Shown piece after piece: positions 46,899-55,677 of a stretch of DNA of 64,000 bases. Position numbers and translations under genes: made by a program. Within the stretch, counting starts at the first letter, position 1, and each line of letters starts with the position of its first letter. The stretch spans positions 757 through 64,756 of the forward strand of contig CAZJGG010000003.1 in NCBI GenBank assembly GCA_964545475.1. The letters are read 5' to 3'. The notes beneath the pieces are model-generated. The model made no database searches, was not told the DNA's origin, and saw only the letters and a program-made list of their open reading frames with translations. This DNA is from an uncultured Eubacteriales bacterium (GTDB taxonomy: Bacteria > Bacillota > Clostridia > Lachnospirales > JAISER01).

Positions 46899-48131
46899 TT
46901 ATTTTAAACAGTAAATTGTATCGGTATAAATTTTTTCTGCAATTGGAGGTAATTCATCTTTTTTTACATTTTTCATCATGTTAATAAAGTCATTTATATT
47001 ATTTTCATCATGAAGTAAAAGCTGTGAAACATAAAAATCAATGGTTGAACCCGGATAATCCTTTATTCCAACCATTTTTTTAATAAGTCCGCTTTTGCTT
47101 GCCTCAAATTCCTTATCGCTAATATTGCCTTTTTTTAGGTCTTCCAGCTGATTTAAAGAAATTTCAATAGTTTTTTCAAAGTTTTTGGAATCTACGCCTG
47201 CCTGCATAACCATAATGCCTTTAAACCTAAATAAAAAAGAACCAATACTGTAACAAAGGCTTTCTTCCTCCCGGACTTTTGCAAAAAGCCGGGAGTTAGC
47301 ACCGCCACCGAAAATTTCATTTAAAATTAAAAGCCTTAAATAATCCTCACTTACAGGCTTAACTCCTGTTCTTAAACCAATGCAAATTTTGCCTTGGTTA
47401 ACGTTCTTTTCTTCTAAAACCTTATTAGGATTATCAACCGGCTTGTAAACTATTTCCTCTTTAGGTATTTTGTCAATTTCAGAACGTTTATGAGTATACC
47501 AACCATTTAATTTATTAGCTATTATACCTTCGTTAACATCGCCCATAATAATAATTTCAATAGGGGCATGTTCAAGCAAATGTATATAATGTTCGTAGCA
47601 ATTTTTTTCATTTATGGCTTTTAAATCTTCTATTTCGCCGTCTCCGTAAATGCCGAAAGGTTCATCTTTGCACATTTCGTTTAACAAACGAAGTTTTGCG
47701 TATTCGGCTTTGTTATTTATTCTTGCGGAAATCGCATGAGTTAGGTTTTCTTTTTCGGAATCTGTATATACTTTTTTAAATCCGCCGTTTTCGCAAAGAG
47801 GGTTTAAAAGCATTTCCTTTAAAAAATCTAAGCAGTTATCAAGCTCGTCTTTAAAGCATTCAATATAAAACTCAATTATTTGATTTTCGCCTTTTTTTAT
47901 TATCTGTATTTCAAACGCCGCACCAAAAAGACGTTCTGTGTGGGCGTTTATTTCTTTCATATCTTGATACTTGTGAGAACCTCTTTGTAAAATCTGAGAT
48001 ATTAATGCGTTTTTTGCGGCGTTTTCCTTTGTAAGGGGTTGCCTTAATATTACGCATGTGTAAACAGAATTGAACTTTTCTGACGGTATTACATGGACGT
48101 TAACACCGTCTGCTATTTTAAACCCGCTCAT
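46899..48131 (-). CDS. M16-family peptidase-like protein lacking the HxxEH motif (probable non-catalytic partner)
   Basis: 410 aa with insulinase-like layout but no HxxEH. Adjacent to the catalytic-type M16 gene. Confidence 0.7.
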   Translation of the reverse strand: MSGFKIADGVNVHVIPSEKFNSVYTCVILRQPLTKENAAKNALISQILQRGSHKYQDMKEINAHTERLFGAAFEIQIIKKGENQIIEFYIECFKDELDNCLDFLKEMLLNPLCENGGFKKVYTDSEKENLTHAISARINNKAEYAKLRLLNEMCKDEPFGIYGDGEIEDLKAINEKNCYEHYIHLLEHAPIEIIIMGDVNEGIIANKLNGWYTHKRSEIDKIPKEEIVYKPVDNPNKVLEEKNVNQGKICIGLRTGVKPVSEDYLRLLILNEIFGGGANSRLFAKVREEESLCYSIGSFLFRFKGIMVMQAGVDSKNFEKTIEISLNQLEDLKKGNISDKEFEASKSGLIKKMVGIKDYPGSTIDFYVSQLLLHDENNINDFINMMKNVKKDELPPIAEKIYTDTIYCLK

Positions 48132-48135
48132 TTTA

Positions 48136-49149
48136 TCAATCCTTTAATTCAATTGAAACTGCATGTGCAATGCCAGGTATATTTTGTCCTTGTTGGCTGC
48201 TTGTTGTGCTTAAAAGTGCTCCTGTTGGAACAAACAGTATTTTCTTTATTTCTTTCTTTTTAAGTTTTGAATAATAATATCCGCAAAAAGTTACTGCAGA
48301 ACATGCGCAGCCGCTTCCTCCGGCGTGGGTGTCTTGCTTGTCCTTATTAAAAATTTCAATTCCGCAATCGGTGTAATTGTTTGAAAGCTGGAATCCTTCT
48401 TCTCCCATTAAATCTTTAACAAGCTGATGCCCAACATAACCTAAATCCCCTGTTGCTATAACGTCATAATAATCCGGAGTTCTGCCGAAGTCTTTAAAAT
48501 GTGCAGCAAGGGTTTCCGCTGCGGCAGGCGCCATGGCTGCGCCCATGTTGTTGGCATCAGATATGCCAAGGTCAACTATTTTTCCTGTTGTAACTCCAGT
48601 TACATAAGGGCCGCTTCCTGTTTTAGAAAGTATAGCAGAGCCGTCTCCTGTAACTGTCCAGGTGGCAGTAGGGGGGCGTTGACCACCTAATTCAAGAGGA
48701 AAGCGAAACTGCTTTTCTGCGGAGCAAAAATGGCTTGATGCGCCTATTAATACATTATCTGCAAATCCGCCGTCAATAAGCATAGAACCTAGGCTTAATC
48801 CCAGTCCAAAGGTCGAACATGCGCCGAATACTCCAATAAGAGGTATATCTAAACCCGTTACGCCAAAGGTTGTGCCTGTGCATTGGTTTAATAAATCCCC
48901 TGCAAGCAAATAATGCAAGTTTTTTTTAGGCATTTGCGCCTTTTTGATTATTAATTCCATTGTATCTTTAACAATTTTGCTTTCGGCTTTTTCCCAGCTG
49001 TCTTCTCCTGCAAGTGCATCGCTTAAAACAACGTCGAAATGTTTTGCAAGAGGACCTTCGCCTTCTTTAGGGCCTACTATTGAAGCAGTTTCAAGTATAG
49101 TTACAGGCCTTTCAAAAAAAACCGATTGCGCCCCAAGTCTTTTGTTCAT
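48136..49149 (-). CDS. spoVAD: stage V sporulation protein AD
   Basis: 337 aa, thiolase-like. N-terminus IVGPKEGEGPL, then GDLLNQ, and ...GGSGCACSA. Confidence 0.92.
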   Translation of the reverse strand: MNKRLGAQSVFFERPVTILETASIVGPKEGEGPLAKHFDVVLSDALAGEDSWEKAESKIVKDTMELIIKKAQMPKKNLHYLLAGDLLNQCTGTTFGVTGLDIPLIGVFGACSTFGLGLSLGSMLIDGGFADNVLIGASSHFCSAEKQFRFPLELGGQRPPTATWTVTGDGSAILSKTGSGPYVTGVTTGKIVDLGISDANNMGAAMAPAAAETLAAHFKDFGRTPDYYDVIATGDLGYVGHQLVKDLMGEEGFQLSNNYTDCGIEIFNKDKQDTHAGGSGCACSAVTFCGYYYSKLKKKEIKKILFVPTGALLSTTSSQQGQNIPGIAHAVSIELKD

Positions 49150-49158
49150 AATCCCACC

Positions 49159-49605
49159 TCATTTCACAAAGTAATAAATTAAACCTACTATTACCGATGT
49201 TAAAACCCCATATAATATTACAGGACCAGCTACTAAAAATATTTTTGCGCCAACACCAAGAATGTAGCCCTCTTTTTTAAATTCTATGGCTGGAGCGGCA
49301 ACGGAATTTGCAAAGCCTGTAATAGGAACGACAGAACCTGCTCCGGCAAATTTGCCGAATTTATCGTAAACACCAAAGCCTGTTAATAAAACGGCGATTA
49401 AAATAAGAATAATAGAGGTATACATGCTTGCGTCGTCTTTTTCAAAGCCACGGTTAACAAAATAATTATTAATAAATTGCCCAACTGTGCAAATAAAACC
49501 GCCAACTAAAAACGCCTTTAAGCAATCGGAAACGATATTTGAATTTGGTGAGGCTTTTTCAACCATTTTTTTATATTTATCTTTGCCTTTTTGAGTTTTG
49601 TCCAT
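49159..49605 (-). CDS. spoVAC: stage V sporulation protein AC
   Basis: CLKAFLVGGFICTVGQ, LTGFGVYDKFGKFAGAGSVVPITGFANS. Confidence 0.92.
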   Translation of the reverse strand: MDKTQKGKDKYKKMVEKASPNSNIVSDCLKAFLVGGFICTVGQFINNYFVNRGFEKDDASMYTSIILILIAVLLTGFGVYDKFGKFAGAGSVVPITGFANSVAAPAIEFKKEGYILGVGAKIFLVAGPVILYGVLTSVIVGLIYYFVK

Positions 49606-49625
49606 AGCAAATCATTCCTTTTTGT

Positions 49626-50060
49626 TTATTGCGGCTTGTAAAAGCCCGGTACTGTAAAATACAATATTGAACCGACAAATTTGCCTATTGCTATGCATAA
49701 AATAAAATAAAATATACCTTGCTGAATTCTTGCTCGCCTTGTAAAAATGGGAATAACGTTTAGAACCTCTGCTAAAGACATTGCTAGAACGCCTAAGAAC
49801 ACGCCGCCGCAAAAAGAAAGTAAAGAGCCGACAAAAATGTTTATTTGTGTTTTAAAGTGTAGGGCATCAATGGCAGCACCTGAAATTCCTCCAAGCATAA
49901 CGGCTTCTTCGTAAAGCCTAGCATACTGTTCCGTCTTAGTTTTTTGCGCAAGCCGGGGGATTACGCCTATTACGGCAATAAAAGCATAAACACCTCCGGC
50001 AATGATAACGCCGCCGGAAAAGGCTAAAAACATGCCGCATAAATATTTTAAATAAAACAC
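49626..50060 (-). CDS. spoVAB: stage V sporulation protein AB
   Basis: 144-aa 4-TM protein in the position and with the composition of SpoVAB (GVIPRLAQKT...). Confidence 0.8.
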   Translation of the reverse strand: MFYLKYLCGMFLAFSGGVIIAGGVYAFIAVIGVIPRLAQKTKTEQYARLYEEAVMLGGISGAAIDALHFKTQINIFVGSLLSFCGGVFLGVLAMSLAEVLNVIPIFTRRARIQQGIFYFILCIAIGKFVGSILYFTVPGFYKPQ

Positions 50061-50061
50061 G

Positions 50062-50709
50062 CTATTCCCCCTTGTTTTTCTTTAATGTGTCTAACATGTC
50101 AATCATTGTGTCAGAGACATCGGCTTCATATTTGGTGATTTCGACTTCAATTGGGGTAGGGTCGTTAGTAATAGCCTTACCAAGAAAATGGTTAAAAAAC
50201 ATTATTATACCTGAAGTAAGCCCGATAGAATAAGCCACTTCTAAGGCAATAGGATGCTTTGTTTCCTGCCCAAATATAAGCTTATGAGTGTTTTCAAAAA
50301 CCTCACTCATTTGGGCATCGGAATAAAAACTCATAATGGCAATGCCAGAGCCTACGAACAAAACAACGCATACAAAGGCAATTTTTGACCATTTGTAAAG
50401 TTTGTTGTCTTCGCTTTTAGTAGGGGAATATTCAATATAAGTATCCATTTCGCCAACGTTAACAACGCTTGCATCTGGGTATTTCTTTTTAATTTGCTTA
50501 ATAATGTCCGTAATGGTTACAAGATAACTTTGTTTCTGATCTTTTTTCTTTTTATTAAGAAGAGATTGGTTATCAATTTCAATAAGCTTTACGCTGTTTA
50601 TGGTGTCTGCAACGTCTTTTGTTGCTAAAACCTCGCAAATATCTTTAATCGTAATTTCCGAAAGGTTTGTTAAAGTTGCCTTTTTCATGGGCTTTAAGTA
50701 AATATCCAT
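50062..50709 (-). CDS. spoVAA: stage V sporulation protein AA
   Basis: Start moved to ATG 50709 behind GAGGAG. Soluble N-domain, then two TM helices and the C-terminal PTPIEVEITKYE, collinear with B. subtilis SpoVAA as recalled. Confidence 0.8.
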   Translation of the reverse strand: MDIYLKPMKKATLTNLSEITIKDICEVLATKDVADTINSVKLIEIDNQSLLNKKKKDQKQSYLVTITDIIKQIKKKYPDASVVNVGEMDTYIEYSPTKSEDNKLYKWSKIAFVCVVLFVGSGIAIMSFYSDAQMSEVFENTHKLIFGQETKHPIALEVAYSIGLTSGIIMFFNHFLGKAITNDPTPIEVEITKYEADVSDTMIDMLDTLKKNKGE

Positions 50710-50839
50710 GAAGTAACACTCCTCTGTAGGATGGTGGTTTTTTAAAATTTTTGTTATAGACAAAGTATGAAATACCAAATAATAATGATATTATGACCAC
50801 AAGCTTAATAAAAAAAACAAGTCTTTTTTTTCCAATCAA
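50645..50839 (-). CDS. candidate small membrane protein ORF overlapping the spoVAA start (uncertain)
   Basis: TTG start 8 nt after AGGAGG. The first ~30 aa form a TM helix (KKRLVFFIKLVVIISLLFGISYFVY). The last 65 nt overlap spoVAA in another frame. Confidence 0.25.
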   Translation of the reverse strand: MIGKKRLVFFIKLVVIISLLFGISYFVYNKNFKKPPSYRGVLLHGYLLKAHEKGNFNKPFGNYD

Positions 50840-50926
50840 TTAAGATAACCTCCTAAAACATTAATACGGTTATTGACAATTATATCCACTTGATAGTACT
50901 ATATATTCAATGTTCAAAATTTGTTG

Positions 50927-51029
50927 TATAGCAATTTTCTAATTAGCAGTCCAATGAATCACGGCGCATTAGCGCAAACGCTGTAGGCGTTTAGTGATTA
51001 ATTGGACTACATTAAATAAAATTGCTATA
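50927..51029. repeat. 103-bp palindromic element in the spoVA / dpaAB divergent region
   Basis: Outer arms tatagcaatttt / aaaattgctata. Inner arms agtccaatgaatcac / gtgattaattggact. GC-rich centre with two mini-hairpins (gcgc-atta-gcgc; aacgc-tgtag-gcgtt). Confidence 0.7.
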
Positions 51030-51066
51030 TACATAATTTAATTGAAGGATTGTTTTAAAATAGAAC

Positions 51067-51094
51067 ACGCCCTTAATTGAATAAGCATAAGATA
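51067..51094 (+). promoter_or_regulatory. candidate sigma-K-type promoter for dpaAB
   Basis: AC - 17 nt - CATAAGATA matches the AC / CATA---TA mother-cell consensus. It lies 57 nt upstream of the ORF start. Confidence 0.4.
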
Positions 51095-51150
51095 TTAATA
51101 ATTACTCTAAGCATTTTTCAAAGCTATACAAGCAATGAAAAGGCTTCTGA

Positions 51151-52062
51151 ATGGGAGTGAATGAATTGTATCATAATAAATTTCTTGTTTTAGGCGGAGA
51201 TATGAGAAACATCTCACTTTCTAGTCATTTGCAGGAAGATAACAACAAAGTTATGGTTTACGGCTTTTCCTCGCTTTCACCTGAAGAATTTCCACATCTT
51301 ATGTTTTCAAAAAATATGCAAAAGGCAATAAAAAATGCGGAAGTGGTTATCGGACCGATACCGTGCTGCAGCGAAAAAAACATTTTAAACACTCCTTTTC
51401 ATAAACAGTCAATTTCAATAGATTCAATTTTTGAGGCTATGGACAGCAGACAGATTTTTGTTGCAGGCAGAATTGACAAAGAAGTTTTTGAAAAGGCGAA
51501 AGAGAAAAAAATAATTATTTATGACGTGCTTGAAAGAAACGAAATGGCCATTTTAAACGCAATTCCTACAGCGGAAGGCGCTATACAAATTGCGTTTGAA
51601 CAAACAAAAATCACTTTGCATGGTGCAAATATTTTAGTCATCGGTTTTGGGCGGATTGGTAAAATATTATCAAAGATGCTCAAAGGAATCGGGGCAAACG
51701 TTTTTGGTGCTACCAGGCGTTATGACGATTATGCTTCAATGGTAAGTTATGGCTACAATCCATTGATGCTTTCAGAATTAAACGGATACCTTTCTAAAAT
51801 GGACGTTATTATTAATACTGCGCCTCATGTTCTTATTGATAAAAGCAACATTAAATTTATTAAAAAGGATTGCTTAATAATTGATTTAGCCTCTGCGCCT
51901 TACGGGGTGGACTTTGAGGAATGCAAAAGAGAGGGTATAAATGCGGTTTTGGCAGGCTCTCTGCCCGGCAAGGTTGCGCCTATAAGTGCCGCAAAATATA
52001 TTAAGGAGACAGTTTATAATATTTTATGCGAAAGGATTGAAAAATATGGATTTGAAAAATAA
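51151..52062 (+). CDS. dpaA: dipicolinate synthase subunit A
   Basis: FLVLGGDMRN N-terminus and the NAD-binding ILVIGFGRIG. The true start may be the in-frame TTG at 51166, 8 nt after GGGAG. Confidence 0.9.
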   Translation: MGVNELYHNKFLVLGGDMRNISLSSHLQEDNNKVMVYGFSSLSPEEFPHLMFSKNMQKAIKNAEVVIGPIPCCSEKNILNTPFHKQSISIDSIFEAMDSRQIFVAGRIDKEVFEKAKEKKIIIYDVLERNEMAILNAIPTAEGAIQIAFEQTKITLHGANILVIGFGRIGKILSKMLKGIGANVFGATRRYDDYASMVSYGYNPLMLSELNGYLSKMDVIINTAPHVLIDKSNIKFIKKDCLIIDLASAPYGVDFEECKREGINAVLAGSLPGKVAPISAAKYIKETVYNILCERIEKYGFEK

Positions 52063-52624
52063 AACCATAGGTTTTGCGATAACAGGCTCGTTTTGTACAC
52101 ATGATAAAATTATACCAGTAGTTGAAAAGTTAGTAAATTCAGGAGCAAATGTTATTCCTATAATATCAGAAATAACAAGTTGCACAGATACAAGGTTCGG
52201 CACGGCTGCGGATTTTAAGAAGAAGCTTGTTGAAATTACTAAAAATGAAATTATTGATTCTGTTGTTACAGCAGAGCCCATTGGTCCTAAAAAACTTTTG
52301 GATATTTTGGTTATTGCGCCGGCTTCCGGCAATACTATAGCTAAATTAGCTAATGCGATAACAGATTCTACAGTTACAATGGCTGCTAAGGCTCATTTAC
52401 GCAATGAAAGCCCTCTTGTAATTGGAATTTCCACAAACGACGGCCTTGGAGGAAACGCAAAAAACATCGGTCTTTTGCTTAATATAAACAATATTTATTT
52501 TGTCCCCTTTGGGCAGGATGATGCTATAAAGAAATCCAAATCATTAGTAGCGGATTTTAATTTAATTCCCGATACTCTTGAAAAAGCATTGGAAGGAAAG
52601 CAAATTCAGCCACTTTTGATTTAA
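52046..52624 (+). CDS. dpaB: dipicolinate synthase subunit B
   Basis: Flavoprotein fold with IGFAITGSFCT and VIAPASGNTIAKLANAITD. Start moved to the internal ATG 52046, overlapping the dpaA end. Confidence 0.9.
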   Translation: MDLKNKTIGFAITGSFCTHDKIIPVVEKLVNSGANVIPIISEITSCTDTRFGTAADFKKKLVEITKNEIIDSVVTAEPIGPKKLLDILVIAPASGNTIAKLANAITDSTVTMAAKAHLRNESPLVIGISTNDGLGGNAKNIGLLLNINNIYFVPFGQDDAIKKSKSLVADFNLIPDTLEKALEGKQIQPLLI

Positions 52625-52667
52625 ATATTTATCCGTATACATCAAATTCGGGAAAGGAGTTGGGGAG

Positions 52668-53663
52668 ATGTCAGCAACATTATTGGAAGAATACAGAAAC
52701 GGCATACTTGAAACAATTCATAAAGGCATTGTATGCATTATTGATAAAGATAGGAGCATAAAGCATATAGGAGATCACAATACGCTTATGTTTTACCGCT
52801 CATGCAGCAAGCCTATTCAAATTTTACCTTTTATATTAAATGGGTTGCACGAGAAATATGATATTAAACCAGAGGAAATAGCAATAATGTGTTCTTCCCA
52901 CCATGGAAACCCGGAGCATGTTGAAGTTTTGGAAAGCCTTGCAAAAAGGCTTGGTTTAAACGAAGATATGTTCGTTATGAAACCAACTTACCCAATAAAC
53001 TTAAACAGCAAAACTGCGGTTATAAAAAATGGCTTGCCCCCGAGAAAAGTTTACCACAACTGCTTTGGCAAGCATATAGGGCTTATTCTTCTTGCCCGAC
53101 ATTACGGCATAAAAGAAGAAAACTACTGGCATGGGGACAATAAAATTGTTTATGCAATAAAAGAGCTTATATCTTATTTGGCGGAAGTTAACGCTGACGA
53201 TATAAAAACCGGAACAGACGGTTGCGGTGTGCCTGTTTTTGCAGTTCCAATGGAAAAAATTGCTCTATCTTATTTAAAATATGCACGCCCTGAGCTTATT
53301 AATGACGAAAGCGTTAGAAAAGCAACTCAAATAGTGTGGGATTCCATTCATGAAAAACCGTCAATGATATGCGGTGAAGGGGAAGCTGTATCAGAGCTTT
53401 CTGCAAGCCCAAATATATTAGCTAAAGATGGGGCAGGGGGGCTTATAACAATGGGGCTTCGCAAAGAGGGGCTTGGCATTGTTATCCGCCTTCAAGACGG
53501 AGCGCACCACAGGCTTCCTCAAATTGCCTATTCTGTTCTTGAAAAAATTAGCTATGAAGATAAGGAACTTATAAACAGGCTTAAAAACTTATCTCCTATG
53601 GCTGTATATAATGAAAACGACGATATAGTGGGGGATATTAAAGCTCCATTTACATTAAAGTAA
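52668..53663 (+). CDS. asparaginase-II-family (PF06089-like) protein
   Basis: ETIHKGIVCIID, RSCSKPIQILPF, GTDGCGVPVFAVP. Pattern recalled for this family. Confidence 0.65.
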   Translation: MSATLLEEYRNGILETIHKGIVCIIDKDRSIKHIGDHNTLMFYRSCSKPIQILPFILNGLHEKYDIKPEEIAIMCSSHHGNPEHVEVLESLAKRLGLNEDMFVMKPTYPINLNSKTAVIKNGLPPRKVYHNCFGKHIGLILLARHYGIKEENYWHGDNKIVYAIKELISYLAEVNADDIKTGTDGCGVPVFAVPMEKIALSYLKYARPELINDESVRKATQIVWDSIHEKPSMICGEGEAVSELSASPNILAKDGAGGLITMGLRKEGLGIVIRLQDGAHHRLPQIAYSVLEKISYEDKELINRLKNLSPMAVYNENDDIVGDIKAPFTLK

Positions 53664-53666
53664 AAT

Positions 53667-53720
53667 AAAAAGCGGCAAACACATGTATACAGCAGGGCTG
53701 TATTGTGTTTGCCGCTTTTA
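53667..53720. terminator. bidirectional terminator
   Basis: aaaaagcggcaaacaca - loop - tgtgtttgccgctttt, between convergent genes. Confidence 0.8.
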
Positions 53721-53749
53721 AGTTCTATAAAAATCTACTGATATGCTTT

Positions 53750-53959
53750 TTAATCATTGTCTTTTTTTCGTATCTCAATTAAGCCTGCAATGCAAGTTCC
53801 AACAATTATACCTAAAAAGACTAAAACATATGTATCATGTCTTTCTTGAAAATAAACAGGTAAAAAGGGATAAAAAATTGAAAGACATATTCCTAATAAT
53901 GCCGTGCAAAGAATATTTGTTATATAATGTTTAATTTTATTCTTATTATTAGGTTTCAT
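53750..53959 (-). CDS. small two-TM membrane protein, hypothetical
   Basis: Start moved to ATG 53959; the track GTG lies inside the GTGAGGAG RBS. 69 aa, two hydrophobic helices. Confidence 0.5.
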   Translation of the reverse strand: MKPNNKNKIKHYITNILCTALLGICLSIFYPFLPVYFQERHDTYVLVFLGIIVGTCIAGLIEIRKKDND

Positions 53960-54005
53960 TTTTGAAAATCTCCTCACCGCATTGTAAATTGCTTAAGGCC
54001 CCTTC

Positions 54006-54177
54006 CTTAGAGCCTGTTTAGAATCTCCATTTCAGTGTCTTTTCGGCAAATTTTCCGAATCGCTGCGTCAGTGGCAAACGCCCATACTTCTTCTAGTATG
54101 AACGTTCACCACTTCCTTGCGATTCAAAAAATTTGCTCAAAAATCCACTAAAAGCGAGATTCCAAACAGGCTCTTAG
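54006..54177 (+). repeat. foldback (MITE/REP-like) intergenic repeat, copy B, full length with 22-bp terminal inverted repeats
   Basis: TIRs cttagagcctgtttagaatctc / gagattccaaacaggctcttag. Middle stem gcaaattttccgaatcgc / gcgattcaaaaaatttgc. Inner stem around aaacgcccatac...gtatgaacgtt. Confidence 0.85.
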
Positions 54178-54272
54178 AAAGGTTTCCGGGTTGTCGAGGG
54201 CGCCAACCCCTACATTTATGCCAAATCTATAGCTATTAAAAAAATAATGATGTACCGAACAACTCGCAGTGC

Positions 54273-55661
54273 TTACTTAATAGATGCAAATGACTTGCAA
54301 AGCTCATACAACGTAGTTATTCCTGCTCCTGTTGCCCCTATGTTTTGGAATTCCCATTTTTGAGTGCTTACCCAAGCTGTACCAGCAATATCAATATGCA
54401 TCCAAGGCAGGTCTTCATTAAAACATGAAAGAAATTGCCCAGCCGCTATTGTGGCGCAGCCCTCTTCAGAGCTGTTTTTTATGTCAGCGGCACGGCTTTC
54501 ATTTAGTTTGGCATATTCATCAAAAGTAGGAAGGCGCCAGTATTGCTCTCCGGTGTCTTTAGAAGCATTGTTAAGTCTGTTGAAAAATTCATCGTCATTA
54601 GAAAGCACAGCGGCAGTTGTAAACCCAAACATTAACACAACTCCCCCTGTTAATGTGGCAATATCCACAATTCTAGTTGCTCCGGCTTTTGATACTGCAT
54701 AAGTTATGGCATCTGCCAAGACAAGCCGCCCTTCGGCATCAGTATTGGCGATTTCAATGGTTTTTCCGCTCATGGAAGTAACAACGTCTCCAACCAAGAA
54801 GCTATCTCTTGATATGCGGTTTTCCGCCGCCGGAATAACAGCAGTAACATTAACGTGAACTTTATTTTTAGCAAGAGCAGTTATACAGCCCCAAACAGCC
54901 GCCGCCCCTGCCATATCTCCTCTTATGCCTTTCATAGAAAGAACAGGCTTTAAGCAATATCCTCCTGTGTCGCAGGTTATGCCCTTGCCTACAAGCCCTA
55001 TAACTTCTTTGCTCTCCGGCGCACCTTTATAGGTTAAAACCGCCATACGAGGAAGGTTTCCTGCGCTTCCGCCAACAGCCAGCAAAGCATTCATACCCAG
55101 CTCTTTCATTTGTTTATCATCTAATATTTCAACAGTGCATCCGGCTTTTTCAGCCAAATCAGCCATTCTTGCCGTCATTGTATCAGGAGTAAGCATGTTT
55201 GCCGGTTCGTTTACCATATCCCGAGCTATTAAAACGCTTTCTGCTATAGCAGATATTTCAGACAGCTTATTAAAGTCTTTTTCCCCATTTGGTAAATCGA
55301 GGTAAACAGTAAGTTCGTTTATTGTGTTAGTGCTTTTCCAGTTTTTCGGTTTGTAAAGGGTAAGTGCAACGCTTTCGTATGCAAAAACGGCGGCTTTTTC
55401 ACCAAAAAGTTCAGCTAAAGCTTTAAGGCGAATAACAACGGATTTCCCTCCGTTTAACTGAACATGTTTTATACCTGCCGCAACAGCACGCCTTACTAAC
55501 AGTGAGGAAAGTTTTTCCTTATCCCCCAAACATACCGTAGCGCAAGGCATTTGTCCGTCATTAAAAGAGCAGTTAATATTAAGCAAATTATTATTTTCAT
55601 TGTTTTTTAAGGCAAAATCAATTTGCCATTGTGCAGCTTCGTTGTTCCAGTAAGTAATCAT
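54273..55661 (-). CDS. pepA: leucyl aminopeptidase (peptidase M17)
   Basis: NTDAEGRLVLAD signature and VGKGITCDTGG. Confidence 0.92.
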   Translation of the reverse strand: MITYWNNEAAQWQIDFALKNNENNNLLNINCSFNDGQMPCATVCLGDKEKLSSLLVRRAVAAGIKHVQLNGGKSVVIRLKALAELFGEKAAVFAYESVALTLYKPKNWKSTNTINELTVYLDLPNGEKDFNKLSEISAIAESVLIARDMVNEPANMLTPDTMTARMADLAEKAGCTVEILDDKQMKELGMNALLAVGGSAGNLPRMAVLTYKGAPESKEVIGLVGKGITCDTGGYCLKPVLSMKGIRGDMAGAAAVWGCITALAKNKVHVNVTAVIPAAENRISRDSFLVGDVVTSMSGKTIEIANTDAEGRLVLADAITYAVSKAGATRIVDIATLTGGVVLMFGFTTAAVLSNDDEFFNRLNNASKDTGEQYWRLPTFDEYAKLNESRAADIKNSSEEGCATIAAGQFLSCFNEDLPWMHIDIAGTAWVSTQKWEFQNIGATGAGITTLYELCKSFASIK

Positions 55662-55677
55662 TTAAACATCTCCATAA

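Noticed and set aside
49612-49812. 66-aa minus-strand ORF overlapping spoVAB
   Set aside because: It is an alternative frame inside spoVAB, Arg/Ser-rich, with no RBS.
50710-50840. Sigma-G promoter call upstream of spoVAA (CATACTT with a GTCATA-like -35)
   Set aside because: It matches the consensus only partially in both hexamers, which is not strong enough to annotate as a feature.
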